From Malacoraja senta (Eukaryota), in the NCBI GenBank assembly GCA_038087875.1, contig JAXLNO010002915.1:1-64000 (forward strand): a stretch of 64,000 nucleotides of DNA. The letters run 5' to 3'. The position numbers and the translations under genes were made by a program. Shown here in pieces: positions 1 through 11,873 of this stretch; the stretch's first letter is position 1, and the number at the start of each line of letters is the position of its first letter. The notes under the pieces were generated by a model that did no database searches, was not told where the DNA came from, and saw only the letters and a program-made list of their open reading frames with translations.

Positions 1-59
1 AATAGTTATCTATTGGTCTTAGGAACCAAAAACTCTTGGTGCAACTCCAAGCAATAGTC
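1..59 (+). tRNA. trnL1: tRNA-Leu(CUN), 5'-truncated by window start
   Basis: Anticodon arm TTGGT-CTTAGGA-ACCAA (TAG); immediately upstream of ND5. Confidence 0.9.
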
Positions 60-1895
60 ATGAACTCAATTATCTTTAACTCTTCATTCCTATTAATTTT
101 CATCATTCTTCTTTACCCCTTAATAACATCTATTACTGCACCCCAAGAATCCACCAGCCCTAGCTGAGCATCCACTCATGTTAAAACAGCCGTTAAACTC
201 TCATTCTTTGTTAGCTTAATTCCCCTGTCCCTGTTCCTTGACCAAGGAGTAGAGTCTATCACCACCAATTGAAACTGAATTAACCTTGGGCCAATAAATA
301 TTAATATAAGCTTTAAATTTGACCTCTACTCCATCATCTTCACACCAGTAGCCCTCTACGTCACATGATCTATCCTAGAATTTGCACTCTGGTATATATA
401 TACAGACCCAAACTTTAATCGCTTCTTTAAATATCTCCTTCTTTTTCTTATAACAATAATTATCCTTATCACTGCCAATAACTTATTTCAACTATTTATT
501 GGCTGAGAGGGAGTAGGCATTATATCCTTTCTCCTAATCGGCTGATGATATAGCCGAGCAGACGCTAACACCGCAGCCCTACAAGCAGTGATTTATAACC
601 GCATCGGGGATATTGGGCTCATCCTAAGTATAGCCTGACTAGCCATAAATCTTAATTCGTGAGAAACTCAACAAATATTTATTCTATCTAAAAATATTGA
701 CTTAACTTTACCCTTGCTAGGCCTAGTACTAGCTGCTGCTGGGAAATCAGCACAATTTGGCCTCCATCCATGGCTGCCATCAGCCATGGAGGGGCCTACG
801 CCAGTCTCCGCCCTACTTCATTCTAGCACAATAGTCGTAGCCGGTGTATTTCTCCTAATCCGGCTTCATCCCCTAATCCAAGATAATCAGCTAATCTTAT
901 CAGCTTGCCTATGCTTGGGAGCATTAACAACCCTATTTACAGCTACCTGTGCCCTCACCCAAAACGATATCAAAAAGATCGTAGCCTTCTCCACATCTAG
1001 TCAATTAGGCCTCATAATAGTGACAATCGGCCTAAATCAACCCCAATTAGCCTTCCTCCACATCTGTACACATGCCTTCTTTAAAGCCATACTCTTCCTT
1101 TGTTCCGGCTCTATTATTCACAGCCTAGACAATGAACAAGATATCCGAAAAATAGGTGGACTTCATAAACTTCTACCATTTACTGCCTCATCCCTCACAG
1201 TTGGTAGTCTAGCCCTAACAGGCATACCCTTCCTATCTGGTTTCTTTTCAAAAGATGCCATCATCGAAGCCATGAACACATCTAACCTAAACGCCTGAGC
1301 CCTAACCTTGACCCTACTGGCCACCTCCTTCACTGCTATCTATAGCCTTCGACTTATTTTTTTCACATTAATAAATTCACCACGATTTACCCCCTTTATA
1401 CCCATCAATGAGAATAACCCCATAGTGTTAAAACCCATTAAACGCCTAGCCTACGGAAGTATCCTAGCCGGTCTCCTTATTACTTCTAACATAACACCAA
1501 CCAAAACACAGATTTTAACAATACCCCTCACCCTTAAACTATCCGCCCTCCTAGTAACAATTATTGGCCTCCTCTTGGCCCTAGAGCTTGCTAACCTCAC
1601 TAAACATCAACTTAAAATCTCCCCAACCATGCCCACCCATAACTTCTCTAATATACTAGGCTACTTCCCACCAATTTTTCATCGCCTCTACCCAAAAATT
1701 AACCTTCATTGAGCTCAAACTATCTCCACCCATCTGATTGACTTAACATGAAATGAAAAAATGGGACCTAAAAATAAACTCGTCCAACAAACATCCATAA
1801 TTAAACTCCTTACATTACCACAACAAGGCTTTATTAAAATTTACCTCATAATCTTCTTCCTAACACTTACCCTCGCTACCTTAATTATAATTTAA
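60..1895 (+). CDS. ND5: NADH dehydrogenase subunit 5 (611 aa)
   Basis: ATG at 60, TAA 1893-1895; motifs [45 protein letters not shown]. Confidence 0.97.
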
Positions 1896-2410
1896 ACCAC
1901 CCGCAATGTCCCTCAAGAAATACCGCGAGTTAACTCCAACACAACAAACAAAGCCAAAAGCAACATTCAACCACTTAATATTAATAAATAACCTCCATAA
2001 GAGTATAATAAAGCCACACCACTAAAATCCCCACGGACCACCTCCAAACCATTAATTTCATCACCACCAAACCACCCTCACTCCCAACCCCCCACAAAAT
2101 GTTTATTAACATACATTAAACCCCCAACATAAAATAGAACATAAATTAATACCGATCAATCTCCCCACGACTCAGGGTAAGGCTCCGCAACAAGTGCCGC
2201 AGTGTAAGCAAATACAACCAACATCCCCCCCAAATAAATTAAAAATAAAACTAAAGATAGAAAAGAACTTCCAGAACTTACTAATAGACCACACCCCACG
2301 CCAGCAGAAATTACTAAACCGAGGGCAGCATAATAAGGGGAAGGATTTGAAGCCACTGCTACTAAACCTATAATAAAACCCAACATTATAATAAATACTA
2401 AATAAATCAT
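1892..2410 (-). CDS. ND6: NADH dehydrogenase subunit 6 (172 aa)
   Basis: Minus-strand ATG at 2410, [15 protein letters not shown] motif, ends GTLRVV-TAA; 4-nt overlap with ND5. Confidence 0.96.
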
Positions 2411-2411
2411 A

Positions 2412-2480
2412 AATTCCTACTTAGATTTTAACTAAGACCGATAATCTGAAAAACTACCGTTGTTATTCAACTACAAGAAC
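2412..2480 (-). tRNA. trnE: tRNA-Glu
   Basis: Minus-strand cloverleaf, anticodon TTC, between ND6 and CYTB. Confidence 0.92.
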
Positions 2481-2483
2481 CTA

Positions 2484-3626
2484 ATGACCATAAATATTCG
2501 AAAGACCCACCCATTATTTAAAATTATTAACAGCTCACTTATTGATCTTCCAACTCCAATTAACATCTCAATTTGATGAAATTACGGCTCACTCCTAGGA
2601 CTTTGTCTCATTATCCAAATCCTTACTGGCCTCTTTTTAGCTATACACTACACCCCAGACATCTCCTCTGCTTTCTCCTCAGTTATTCATATCTGTCGAG
2701 ATGTAAATTACGGATGACTCATCCGCAATATTCACGCTAACGGAGCCTCACTCTTCTTTGTTTGTATTTATATTCACATCGCCCGAGGTTTCTACTACGG
2801 ATCTTACCTTAATAAAGAAACATGAAACATTGGAGTCATCCTGTTATTTTTACTAATAGCCACAGCCTTTGTCGGCTATGTACTACCCTGAGGACAAATA
2901 TCATTTTGAGGGGCAACAGTCATTACAAACCTCTTATCAGCTTTCCCTTATGTCGGCAACATTTTAGTCGAATGGATCTGAGGGGGCTTTTCAGTAGATA
3001 ATGCTACCCTTACCCGATTCTTTGCCTTCCATTTCTTATTCCCATTTTTAATTACTGCACTCACCCTACTACACCTTCTATTCCTCCACGAAGCAGGCTC
3101 CAATAACCCTACTGGACTTAGCTCTAACACAGATAAAATTCCATTTCATCCCTATTTCTCCTATAAAGACCTTGTGGGTTTCTTCATTCTTGCCTTCCTA
3201 TTAACCCTACTGGCTCTATTTGTACCCAACCTATTAAGCGACACAGAAAACTTCATCCCAGCGGACCCATTACTCACACCACCTCATATCAAACCAGAAT
3301 GGTACTTTCTATTTGCCTACGCAATCCTCCGCTCCATCCCCAACAAACTTGGAGGCGTCCTTGCTCTACTATTTTCAATCCTTATTCTTATATTGGTACC
3401 CATATTACATACATCCAAACAACGAAGTGCCACATTTCGACCAATCACCCAAACCTTATTCTGAACATTACTCACAAACACTATTATCTTAACATGAATT
3501 GGGGGCCAACCAGTAGAACAACCATTCATTATTATCGGTCAGATTGCCTCAATCATCTACTTCTTCTTATTTCTCATTCTACTTCCTCTTGCCGGCTGGT
3601 GAGAGAATAAGATTCTAAATCTTTAA
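2484..3626 (+). CDS. CYTB: Cytochrome b (380 aa)
   Basis: ATG 2484, TAA 3624-3626; RKTHPL start, [24 protein letters not shown]. Confidence 0.97.
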
Positions 3627-3629
3627 TAT

Positions 3630-3702
3630 GTTCTGGTGGCCTAAAAACTAAGGCATTGGTCTTGTAAACCAAAAATTGGAGGTGAAATGCCTCCCCAAAA
3701 CA
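3630..3702 (+). tRNA. trnT: tRNA-Thr
   Basis: Anticodon arm TTGGT-CTTGTAA-ACCAA (TGT). Confidence 0.92.
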
Positions 3703-3710
3703 AACCATAT

Positions 3711-3779
3711 TCAGGAAAGAGAGGGTTGAACTCCCACCCTTGGCTCCCAAAGCCAAGATTCTGCTTAAACTGTCTCCTG
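3711..3779 (-). tRNA. trnP: tRNA-Pro
   Basis: Minus-strand cloverleaf, anticodon TGG. Confidence 0.92.
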
Positions 3780-3866
3780 AAATAGACCAGTATTTGCTGG
3801 TCGTCAATTTTGGCATAGTTAGTCAGATAGACATATATATTATTAGGTCCACATATATCTAATATG

Positions 3867-3887
3867 TACATAGTACATTACTATGTA
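3867..3887. terminator. TAS-like hairpin TACATAGTA-CAT-TACTATGTA
   Basis: Perfect 9-bp inverted repeat built from TACAT/ATGTA motifs at the 5' end of the control region; function inferred. Confidence 0.65.
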
Positions 3888-3972
3888 TAATACTCATTAA
3901 CCGACTGTCCACTATTTCATTATATTATATGTATAATACTCATTAGTAAATGTCCAACTATTACATTATATA
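3882..3972 (+). repeat. Degenerate ~46-bp tandem duplication in TAS domain
   Basis: TATGTATAATACTCATTA exact at 3882 and 3928, each followed by TGTCCA(A)CTATT(T/A)CATTATAT. Confidence 0.8.
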
Positions 3973-4709
3973 TAATTTTTAACCCCCACTTTTATGATAT
4001 TCACCAGAATCATTACTAATTATCCACTCAGTTACCTCATTCTTCTCTTAATCGTTAAACTGTGGCATACGTTCTTAAATAAGTAATATATTAATATTAG
4101 TTAATTGTTAGGGCTGGCGAGAACCGACCAATACCCTAATATATCCCCCTTTGCACGGTTTGTGGTATCGATCTTGATTTATTCCCCAGAACTTGTTCAA
4201 ATGCCCACATTAGGCACCCTTTTACAGGCTAACGTCTCTTAATCGCGTCAGTCTTATACTTCCTCTAGTTCCCTCGGTTGTCATTCTACTCTTAATCGTC
4301 TCAAGATTTCCAGTCCTCCCAGTTTTTTTAGGGGGATGAGACAATCACTAACCCTCCAGACTTCTCTGTCGGGTTGCGGCCGGAACACACAGTGAAATTG
4401 GTCCTATCCTCAACATAATATCACAAAAACCTCGCTACTTAAATCATTCGCTGGTCTTCTACTTGTCAAATTAGGCAGTACTCACAAACTAAGGCCCATT
4501 AAGTAATTTAACTCTCATCCATAGATATGAAAAATTGAATATAAATTTAATAAAGACATTTTATTAAACCTCATACTATTAAGAATAAATATTTGATTAA
4601 TGGGAAAAACTAAAAACTCATAACCACAAAGATCTATATATAGGCATAAACTATATTATATAGGTCCCCCCGGGTCGGGAAAAAAAAAAAAGGCCAATAA
4701 CATTTTTTT

Positions 4710-4730
4710 GGGAAAAACCCCCCTCCCCCT
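4710..4730. promoter_or_regulatory. CSB-II-like block
   Basis: AAAAACCCCCCTCCCCC (C6TC5). Confidence 0.75.
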
Positions 4731-4746
4731 TAATATACACAGCTAT

Positions 4747-4769
4747 CTCGAAAAACCCCTAAAACGAGG
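4747..4769. promoter_or_regulatory. CSB-III-like block
   Basis: CTCGAAAAACCCCTAAAACGAG just downstream of CSB-II. Confidence 0.6.
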
Positions 4770-4838
4770 GCTAATGTATATTTATTTCTGCATTGACATG
4801 TGGTAAATTTCGTCATATACAGTGTGACACTATGCCAT

Positions 4839-4907
4839 GCTAGTGTAGCTTAATGCAAAGCATAGCACTGAAAATGCTAATATAAAGTTTAAAACCTTTC
4901 ACAAGCA
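4839..4907 (+). tRNA. trnF: tRNA-Phe
   Basis: TAGCA-CTGAAAA-TGCTA (GAA). Confidence 0.93.
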
Positions 4908-5874
4908 CTGAAGGTTTGGTCCTGGCCTCAGTATTAATTTCAACTAAATTTACACATGCAAGTTTCAACACTCCAGTGAGAACGCCCTAATCAAGCCCTT
5001 ATTTGTTTAGGAGCTGGTATCAGGCATATACAGTGTGTATAACCCATGACACCTCGCTTAGCCACGCCCCCAAGGGAATTCAGCAGTGATAGACATTGAA
5101 TAATAAGCGCAAGCTTGAATCAGTTAAAGTTAAAAGAGTTGGTTAATCTCGTGCCAGCCACCGCGGTTATACGAGTAACTCACATTAATACTTCACGGCG
5201 TAAAGGGTGATTAAAAGTTTCTAAAAAGTACTAAAGTTATAACCTTATAAAGCTGTCATACGCACCTATAAAAGGAATAATACATTCACGAAAGTAACTC
5301 TAACCAAATAGAGCTTTTGACCTCACGACAGTTAAGACACAAACTAGGATTAGATACCCTACTATGCTTAACCATAAATAGACCTTTACCACTACTTACT
5401 TTGTTTAAGTCCGCCTGAGAACTACAAGCGCTAGCTTAAAACCCAAAGGACTTGGCGGTGCCTCAGACCCCCCTAGAGGAGCCTGTTCTATAACCGATAA
5501 TCCACGTTAAACCTTACCACTTCTTGCTTCTACCGCCTATATACCGCCGTCGTCAGCTCACCCCATGAGGGCACAAAAGTAAGCACAATGGACTTCCTCC
5601 AAAACGTCAGGTCGAGGTGTAGCGAATGAAGTGGAAAGAAATGGGCTACATTTTCTTTCAAGAAAACACGGACAGTAGAATGAAAAATCACTTATAAGGT
5701 GGATTTAGCAGTAAGAAAAACTTAGGATATTTTTCTGAAACCGGCTCTGAGGCGCGCACACACCGCCCGTCACTCTCCTCGACCTATCCCACTCCATTTT
5801 ATAAATAACTTTATTATTCAAGAGGAGGCAAGTCGTAACATGGTAAGTGTACTGGAAAGTGCACTTGGAATAAT
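4908..5874 (+). rRNA. rrnS: 12S rRNA
   Basis: GTGCCAGCCACCGCGGTTA, GGATTAGATACCC, CACACCGCCCGTCAC, AAGTCGTAACATGGTAAG; bounded by trnF/trnV. Confidence 0.96.
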
Positions 5875-5946
5875 CAAAATATAGCTAAATTAGTAAAGCA
5901 CCTCCCTTACACCGAGGAAATACCCGTGCAACTCGAGTTATCTTGA
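5875..5946 (+). tRNA. trnV: tRNA-Val
   Basis: Anticodon loop CTTACAC (TAC) between the rRNAs. Confidence 0.92.
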
Positions 5947-7626
5947 ACCTTAAAACTAGCCTAACCACCATTAATTAGCCTCAATATTACTAATAAACTA
6001 TTTTAATATTTTGTACTTAAAACATTTTCACATTCCTAGTATAGGTGATAGAACAGAAATACTTAGCGCTATAGAGAAAGTACCGTAAGGGAAAGCTGAA
6101 AAAGAACTGAAACAAATCATTAAAGTAATAAAAAGCAAAGATTCACCCCTGTACCTTTTGCATCATGATTTAGTAAGAACAAGTGGGCAAAAAGACTTTA
6201 AGTCCACCTTCCCGAAACTAGACGAGCTACTTCGGAGCAGCATACTAGAGCCAACCCGTCTCTGTGGCAAAAGAGTGGGAAGACTCCCGAGTAGAGGTGA
6301 CAAGCCTACCGAGCCTAGTGATAGCTGGTTACCCAAAAAAAGAACTTAAATTCTGCAATAATTCTTCACCTCATCAACCAAGATTATCCAAATAAGGTGA
6401 CTTGTAAGAATTATTAGTTATTTAAAAGAGGTACAACTCTTTTGAATTAAGAAACAACTTTATTAGGAGGGTAATGATCATATTATTAAAGGACCTCACC
6501 CCAGTAGGCCTAAAAGCAGCCATCTGATTAGCAAGCGTCATAGCTCCAGCCCTTAACCAACCAATAATTCCGATACACACCTCCAAACCCCCTAACCAAT
6601 ATTGGGTTTTTTTATTCTTATTTAATAAAAGAACTGATACTAAAATGAGTAATTAGAGGACTAACCTCTCCAAAACACCCGTGTAAGTCAGAAAGAATTC
6701 AATCACTGATTATTAACCGATACCAACCTGAGGTTATAATACTAATAATAATAAACTAGAAAAACACATTTATTAAATCGTTAACCCTACACAGGAGTGT
6801 TCCCAGGAAAGATTAAAAGAAAATAAAGGAACTCGGCAAACACAAACTCCGCCTGTTTACCAAAAACATCGCCTCTTGCAAACTCTGTATAAGAGGTCCC
6901 GCCTGCCCTGTGACATTGTTTAACGGCCGCGGTATTATGACCGTGCGAAGGTAGCGTAATCACTTGTCTTTTAATTGAAGACCTGTATGAAAGGCATCAC
7001 GAGAGTTTACCTGTCTCTATTTTCTAATCAATGAAATTGATTTCCCCGTGCAGAAGCGGGGATATAAACATAAGACGAGAAGACCCTATGGAGCTTTAAA
7101 CACTTAAGTTATTATCTATTTAATAATTAATCTAAAGACTTAACCTACCATAATGATAGTCTAACTTAATGTTTTCGGTTGGGGCGACCAAGGAGTAAAA
7201 TAAAACCTCCTTATCGATTGAGTATTTTTACTTAAAAATTAGAACGACAGTTCTGATTAATAGAATATCTAACGAACAATGACCCAGGATTAAATCCTGA
7301 TCAATGAACCAAGTTACCCTAGGGATAACAGCGCAATCCTTTCTAAGAGTCCATATCGCCGAAAGGGTTTACGACCTCGATGTTGGATCAGGACATCCTA
7401 ATGGTGCAACCGCTATTAAGGGTTCGTTTGTTCAACGATTAATAGTCCTACGTGATCTGAGTTCAGACCGGAGTAATCCAGGTCAGTTTCTATCTATGAA
7501 GATATTTCCCCTAGTACGAAAGGACCGGGAAAATGAAGCCCATGCCCCAGGCACGCTTCTCCCTCATCTGTTGAAATTAACTCAAACAGTAAAGAGGGGT
7601 TAATCTCCTACTAAAGATTATAGTTC
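5947..7626 (+). rRNA. rrnL: 16S rRNA
   Basis: CGCCTGTTTACCAAAAACAT, GACGAGAAGACCCT, ACGTGATCTGAGTTCAGACCGG. Confidence 0.96.
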
Positions 7627-7701
7627 GTTAAGGTGGCAGAGCCTGGTAATTGCAAAAGACCTAAACTCTTTGATCCAGAGGTTCAACTCCTCTCCTTAAC
7701 C
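7627..7701 (+). tRNA. trnL2: tRNA-Leu(UUR)
   Basis: TGGCAGAGCCTGG D-arm; AAAGA-CCTAAAC-TCTTT (TAA). Confidence 0.93.
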
Positions 7702-8676
7702 ATGTTAAAAATTATTGTTACTCAAATTATTCACCCTCTAACCTACATTATTCCAGTATTATTAGCCACAGCATTCTTAACCCTAGTAGAACGGAAGATC
7801 TTAGGCTATATACAACTTCGTAAAGGACCTAATGTAGTAGGACCTTACGGCCTTCTCCAACCAATCGCGGACGGACTAAAACTTTTTACCAAAGAACCAG
7901 TACGCCCTTCACACTCCTCTCACTTTCTTTTCCTAATTACCCCAACCACAGCCCTAACCTTGGCCCTACTCATATGAATACCACTACCACTACCCCACTC
8001 TATCCTTAACCTTAATCTAGGTTTACTATTTATTCTAGCCATCTCCAGCTTGACCGTTTATACCATCCTAGGCTCAGGCTGAGCCTCCAATTCTAAGTAC
8101 GCCTTAATAGGAGCCCTACGTGCTGTAGCACAAACTATTTCATATGAAGTAACCTTAGGCTTAATCCTACTATCCCTAGTAATTATAACAGGAGGCTTTA
8201 CACTACACACATTTAACTTTACCCAAGAGACAATTTGACTTCTTATCCCCGCCTGACCCCTGGCTATAATATGATATATCTCAACCCTAGCAGAAACTAA
8301 CCGAGCTCCCTTTGACCTCACTGAAGGGGAATCAGAACTAGTCTCTGGATTTAATATTGAGTATGCAGGAGGACCATTCGCCTTATTTTTCCTAGCTGAA
8401 TATTCTAATATCCTAATAATGAATACATTATCCGTCATTCTATTTATAGGCATCTCCTATAACCCCCTATTTCCACAAATTTCAACACTCAGCCTTATAA
8501 TTAAAGCCACTATATTAACTCTCCTATTTTTATGAATTCGCGCCTCCTATCCACGATTTCGCTATGATCAACTCATGCACTTAGTATGAAAAAATTTCCT
8601 ACCACTTACATTGGCCCTTATCTTATGACACATTATACTACCAACTTCCATAGCAAGTCTCCCACCCCTTACCTAA
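7702..8676 (+). CDS. ND1: NADH dehydrogenase subunit 1 (324 aa)
   Basis: ATG 7702, TAA 8674-8676; [37 protein letters not shown]. Confidence 0.97.
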
Positions 8677-8746
8677 GGAAGAGTGCCTGAACTAAAGGAT
8701 CACTTTGATAGAGTGAAACATGAATGTTAAAATCATTCCCCTTCCT
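8677..8746 (+). tRNA. trnI: tRNA-Ile
   Basis: TCACT-TTGATAG-AGTGA (GAT). Confidence 0.92.
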
Positions 8747-8817
8747 TAGAAAAATAGGAATTGAACCTACCCCCTAGAGATCAAAACTCTATGTACTTCC
8801 TGTTATACTACTTCCTA
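8746..8817 (-). tRNA. trnQ: tRNA-Gln
   Basis: Minus strand TAGAG-TTTTGAT-CTCTA (TTG). Confidence 0.92.
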
Positions 8818-8818
8818 A

Positions 8819-8887
8819 AGTAAAGTCAGCTAATTAAGCTTTTGGGCCCATACCCCTACCATGTTGGTTAAAATCCTTCCTCTACTA
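8819..8887 (+). tRNA. trnM: tRNA-Met
   Basis: Anticodon loop CCCATAC (CAT). Confidence 0.92.
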
Positions 8888-9934
8888 ATGAACCCCCTCG
8901 TACTATCCATCCTTATCCTTAGCCTAGGTTTAGGCACTACAATTACATTCATAGGATCCCATTGACTTTTAATTTGGATAGGCTTAGAAATTAATACTAT
9001 AGCCATTATCCCCCTAATAATTCATCAACAACACCCACGTGCAGTAGAAGCCACCACCAAGTACTTCCTCACACAAGCAACAGCTTCTGCACTTCTCCTA
9101 TTTGCAGGAATAACAAACGCCTGAACAACAGGACAGTGGAATATTACTGATATACTTTCACCAACCTCCGCCACACTAATTACATTAGCCCTAGCCTTAA
9201 AAATTGGTCTAGCACCCATACACTTCTGACTACCAGAAGTCCTCCAAGGACTAAACCTAACCACCGGACTTATCCTTTCCACATGACAAAAACTTGCCCC
9301 CTTTGCCATCCTACTCCAACTTTATCCACTTCTCAACCCAAACATTCTTATAACTCTAGGAATTGCCTCCATCATCATTGGGGGGTGAAGCGGACTCAAT
9401 CAGACACAATTACGAAAAATTCTAGCATATTCATCAATTGCACATCTAGGATGAATAATCACTATTATTCACTTCGCCCCTAACCTAGCCTTACTAAACC
9501 TTGTTATCTACATTATTATAACCACCTCAATATTCCTTCTCTTTAATACACTCAACTCAACAAAAATTAACTCAATCTCCGTATCCGCCACCAAATACCC
9601 TCTGCTCACAATTATATCCTTAGTAACCCTACTCTCGCTAGGAGGACTACCCCCTCTCTCTGGATTTATACCAAAATGACTTATTTTACAAGAACTGACT
9701 AAACAAAACCTCCTGGTTCCTGCCACTATCATAGCCTTAGCAACCCTACTTAGCTTATTTTTTTACCTACGCCTCTGCTACGCAATAACCTTAACTATCT
9801 CCCCCACCCCTATCTTCTCCTTCTCCTCCTGACAAACAAAAACTACTCAAATAAACATCTTACTCACAACCACCACCTCCTTCTCCATCCTCCTCCTCCC
9901 TCTCACCCCAACACTATTAACATTATTCACATAA
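8888..9934 (+). CDS. ND2: NADH dehydrogenase subunit 2 (348 aa)
   Basis: ATG 8888, TAA 9932-9934; [31 protein letters not shown]. Confidence 0.96.
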
Positions 9935-10002
9935 GAAATTTAGGTTAACAAGACCAAAAGCCTTCAAAGCTTTCAGTAGGAGTTTAAATCTCTTAATTTC
10001 TG
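9934..10002 (+). tRNA. trnW: tRNA-Trp
   Basis: Anticodon loop CTTCAAA (TCA); start of WANCY cluster. Confidence 0.92.
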
Positions 10003-10003
10003 A

Positions 10004-10072
10004 TAAGACTTGCAAGACTCTATCTCACATCCTCTGAATGCAACCCAGATGTTTTAATTAAACTAAAGTCTT
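10004..10072 (-). tRNA. trnA: tRNA-Ala
   Basis: Minus strand, anticodon TGC. Confidence 0.91.
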
Positions 10073-10145
10073 CTAGATAAGCAGGCCTTGATCCTACAAC
10101 ATCTTAATTAACAGCTAAGCGTTCAAGCCGACGAACTTTTATCTA
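10073..10145 (-). tRNA. trnN: tRNA-Asn
   Basis: Minus strand CTTAG-CTGTTAA-TTAAG (GTT). Confidence 0.91.
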
Positions 10146-10181
10146 GGCTTCTCCCGCCGCCGGAAAAAGGCGGGAGAAGCC
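10146..10181. other. Origin of light-strand replication (OL)
   Basis: 13-bp perfect stem GGCTTCTCCCGCC/GGCGGGAGAAGCC with 10-nt loop between trnN and trnC. Confidence 0.93.
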
Positions 10182-10245
10182 CCGGGAGAACCTTTTCATC
10201 TCCGTCTCAGGATTTGCAATCTTGTGTAAACTTTACTACGGGACT
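10177..10245 (-). tRNA. trnC: tRNA-Cys
   Basis: Minus strand loop TTGCAAA (GCA); short D-arm. Confidence 0.9.
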
Positions 10246-10315
10246 TGATAAGAAGAGGACTCTAACCTCTCTTCACGGAACTACAGACCGCCGCTTAACT
10301 CTCAGCCATCTTACC
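10246..10315 (-). tRNA. trnY: tRNA-Tyr
   Basis: Minus strand loop CTGTAGT (GTA). Confidence 0.9.
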
Positions 10316-10316
10316 T

Positions 10317-11873
<1,557 letters not shown>

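Larger units (their letters stand above)
3780..4838. promoter_or_regulatory. Control region (D-loop), 1059 bp
   Basis: AT-rich non-coding stretch between trnP and trnF with TACAT/ATGTA TAS motifs and CSB-like blocks. Confidence 0.95.

Noticed and set aside
3574-3871. Minus-strand ORFs across trnT/trnP/control-region start
   Set aside because: They overlap two well-formed tRNAs and have no protein-like features; chance ORFs.
6991-7070. Humanin-homologous stretch in 16S rRNA (KASREFTCLYFLINEIDFPVQKRG)
   Set aside because: The position of the humanin ATG is AAG here, so there is no in-frame start; the similarity is explained by rRNA conservation.
7304-7603. 99-aa ORF (and the 63-aa ORF at 6158) within 16S rRNA
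   Set aside because: Translation of conserved rRNA sequence; no independent coding evidence.
7633-7701. Apparent N-terminal extension of ND1 in the ORF track
   Set aside because: It runs through tRNA-Leu(UUR); the true start is the ATG at 7702.
8058-8453. 131-aa antisense ORF in ND1 and similar minus-strand ORFs (9025, 11123, 13322, 14915, 15181 etc.)
   Set aside because: Antisense shadows of coding genes produced by codon bias. They show no recognisable domains, and many contain AGA/AGG, which are stops in the mitochondrial code.
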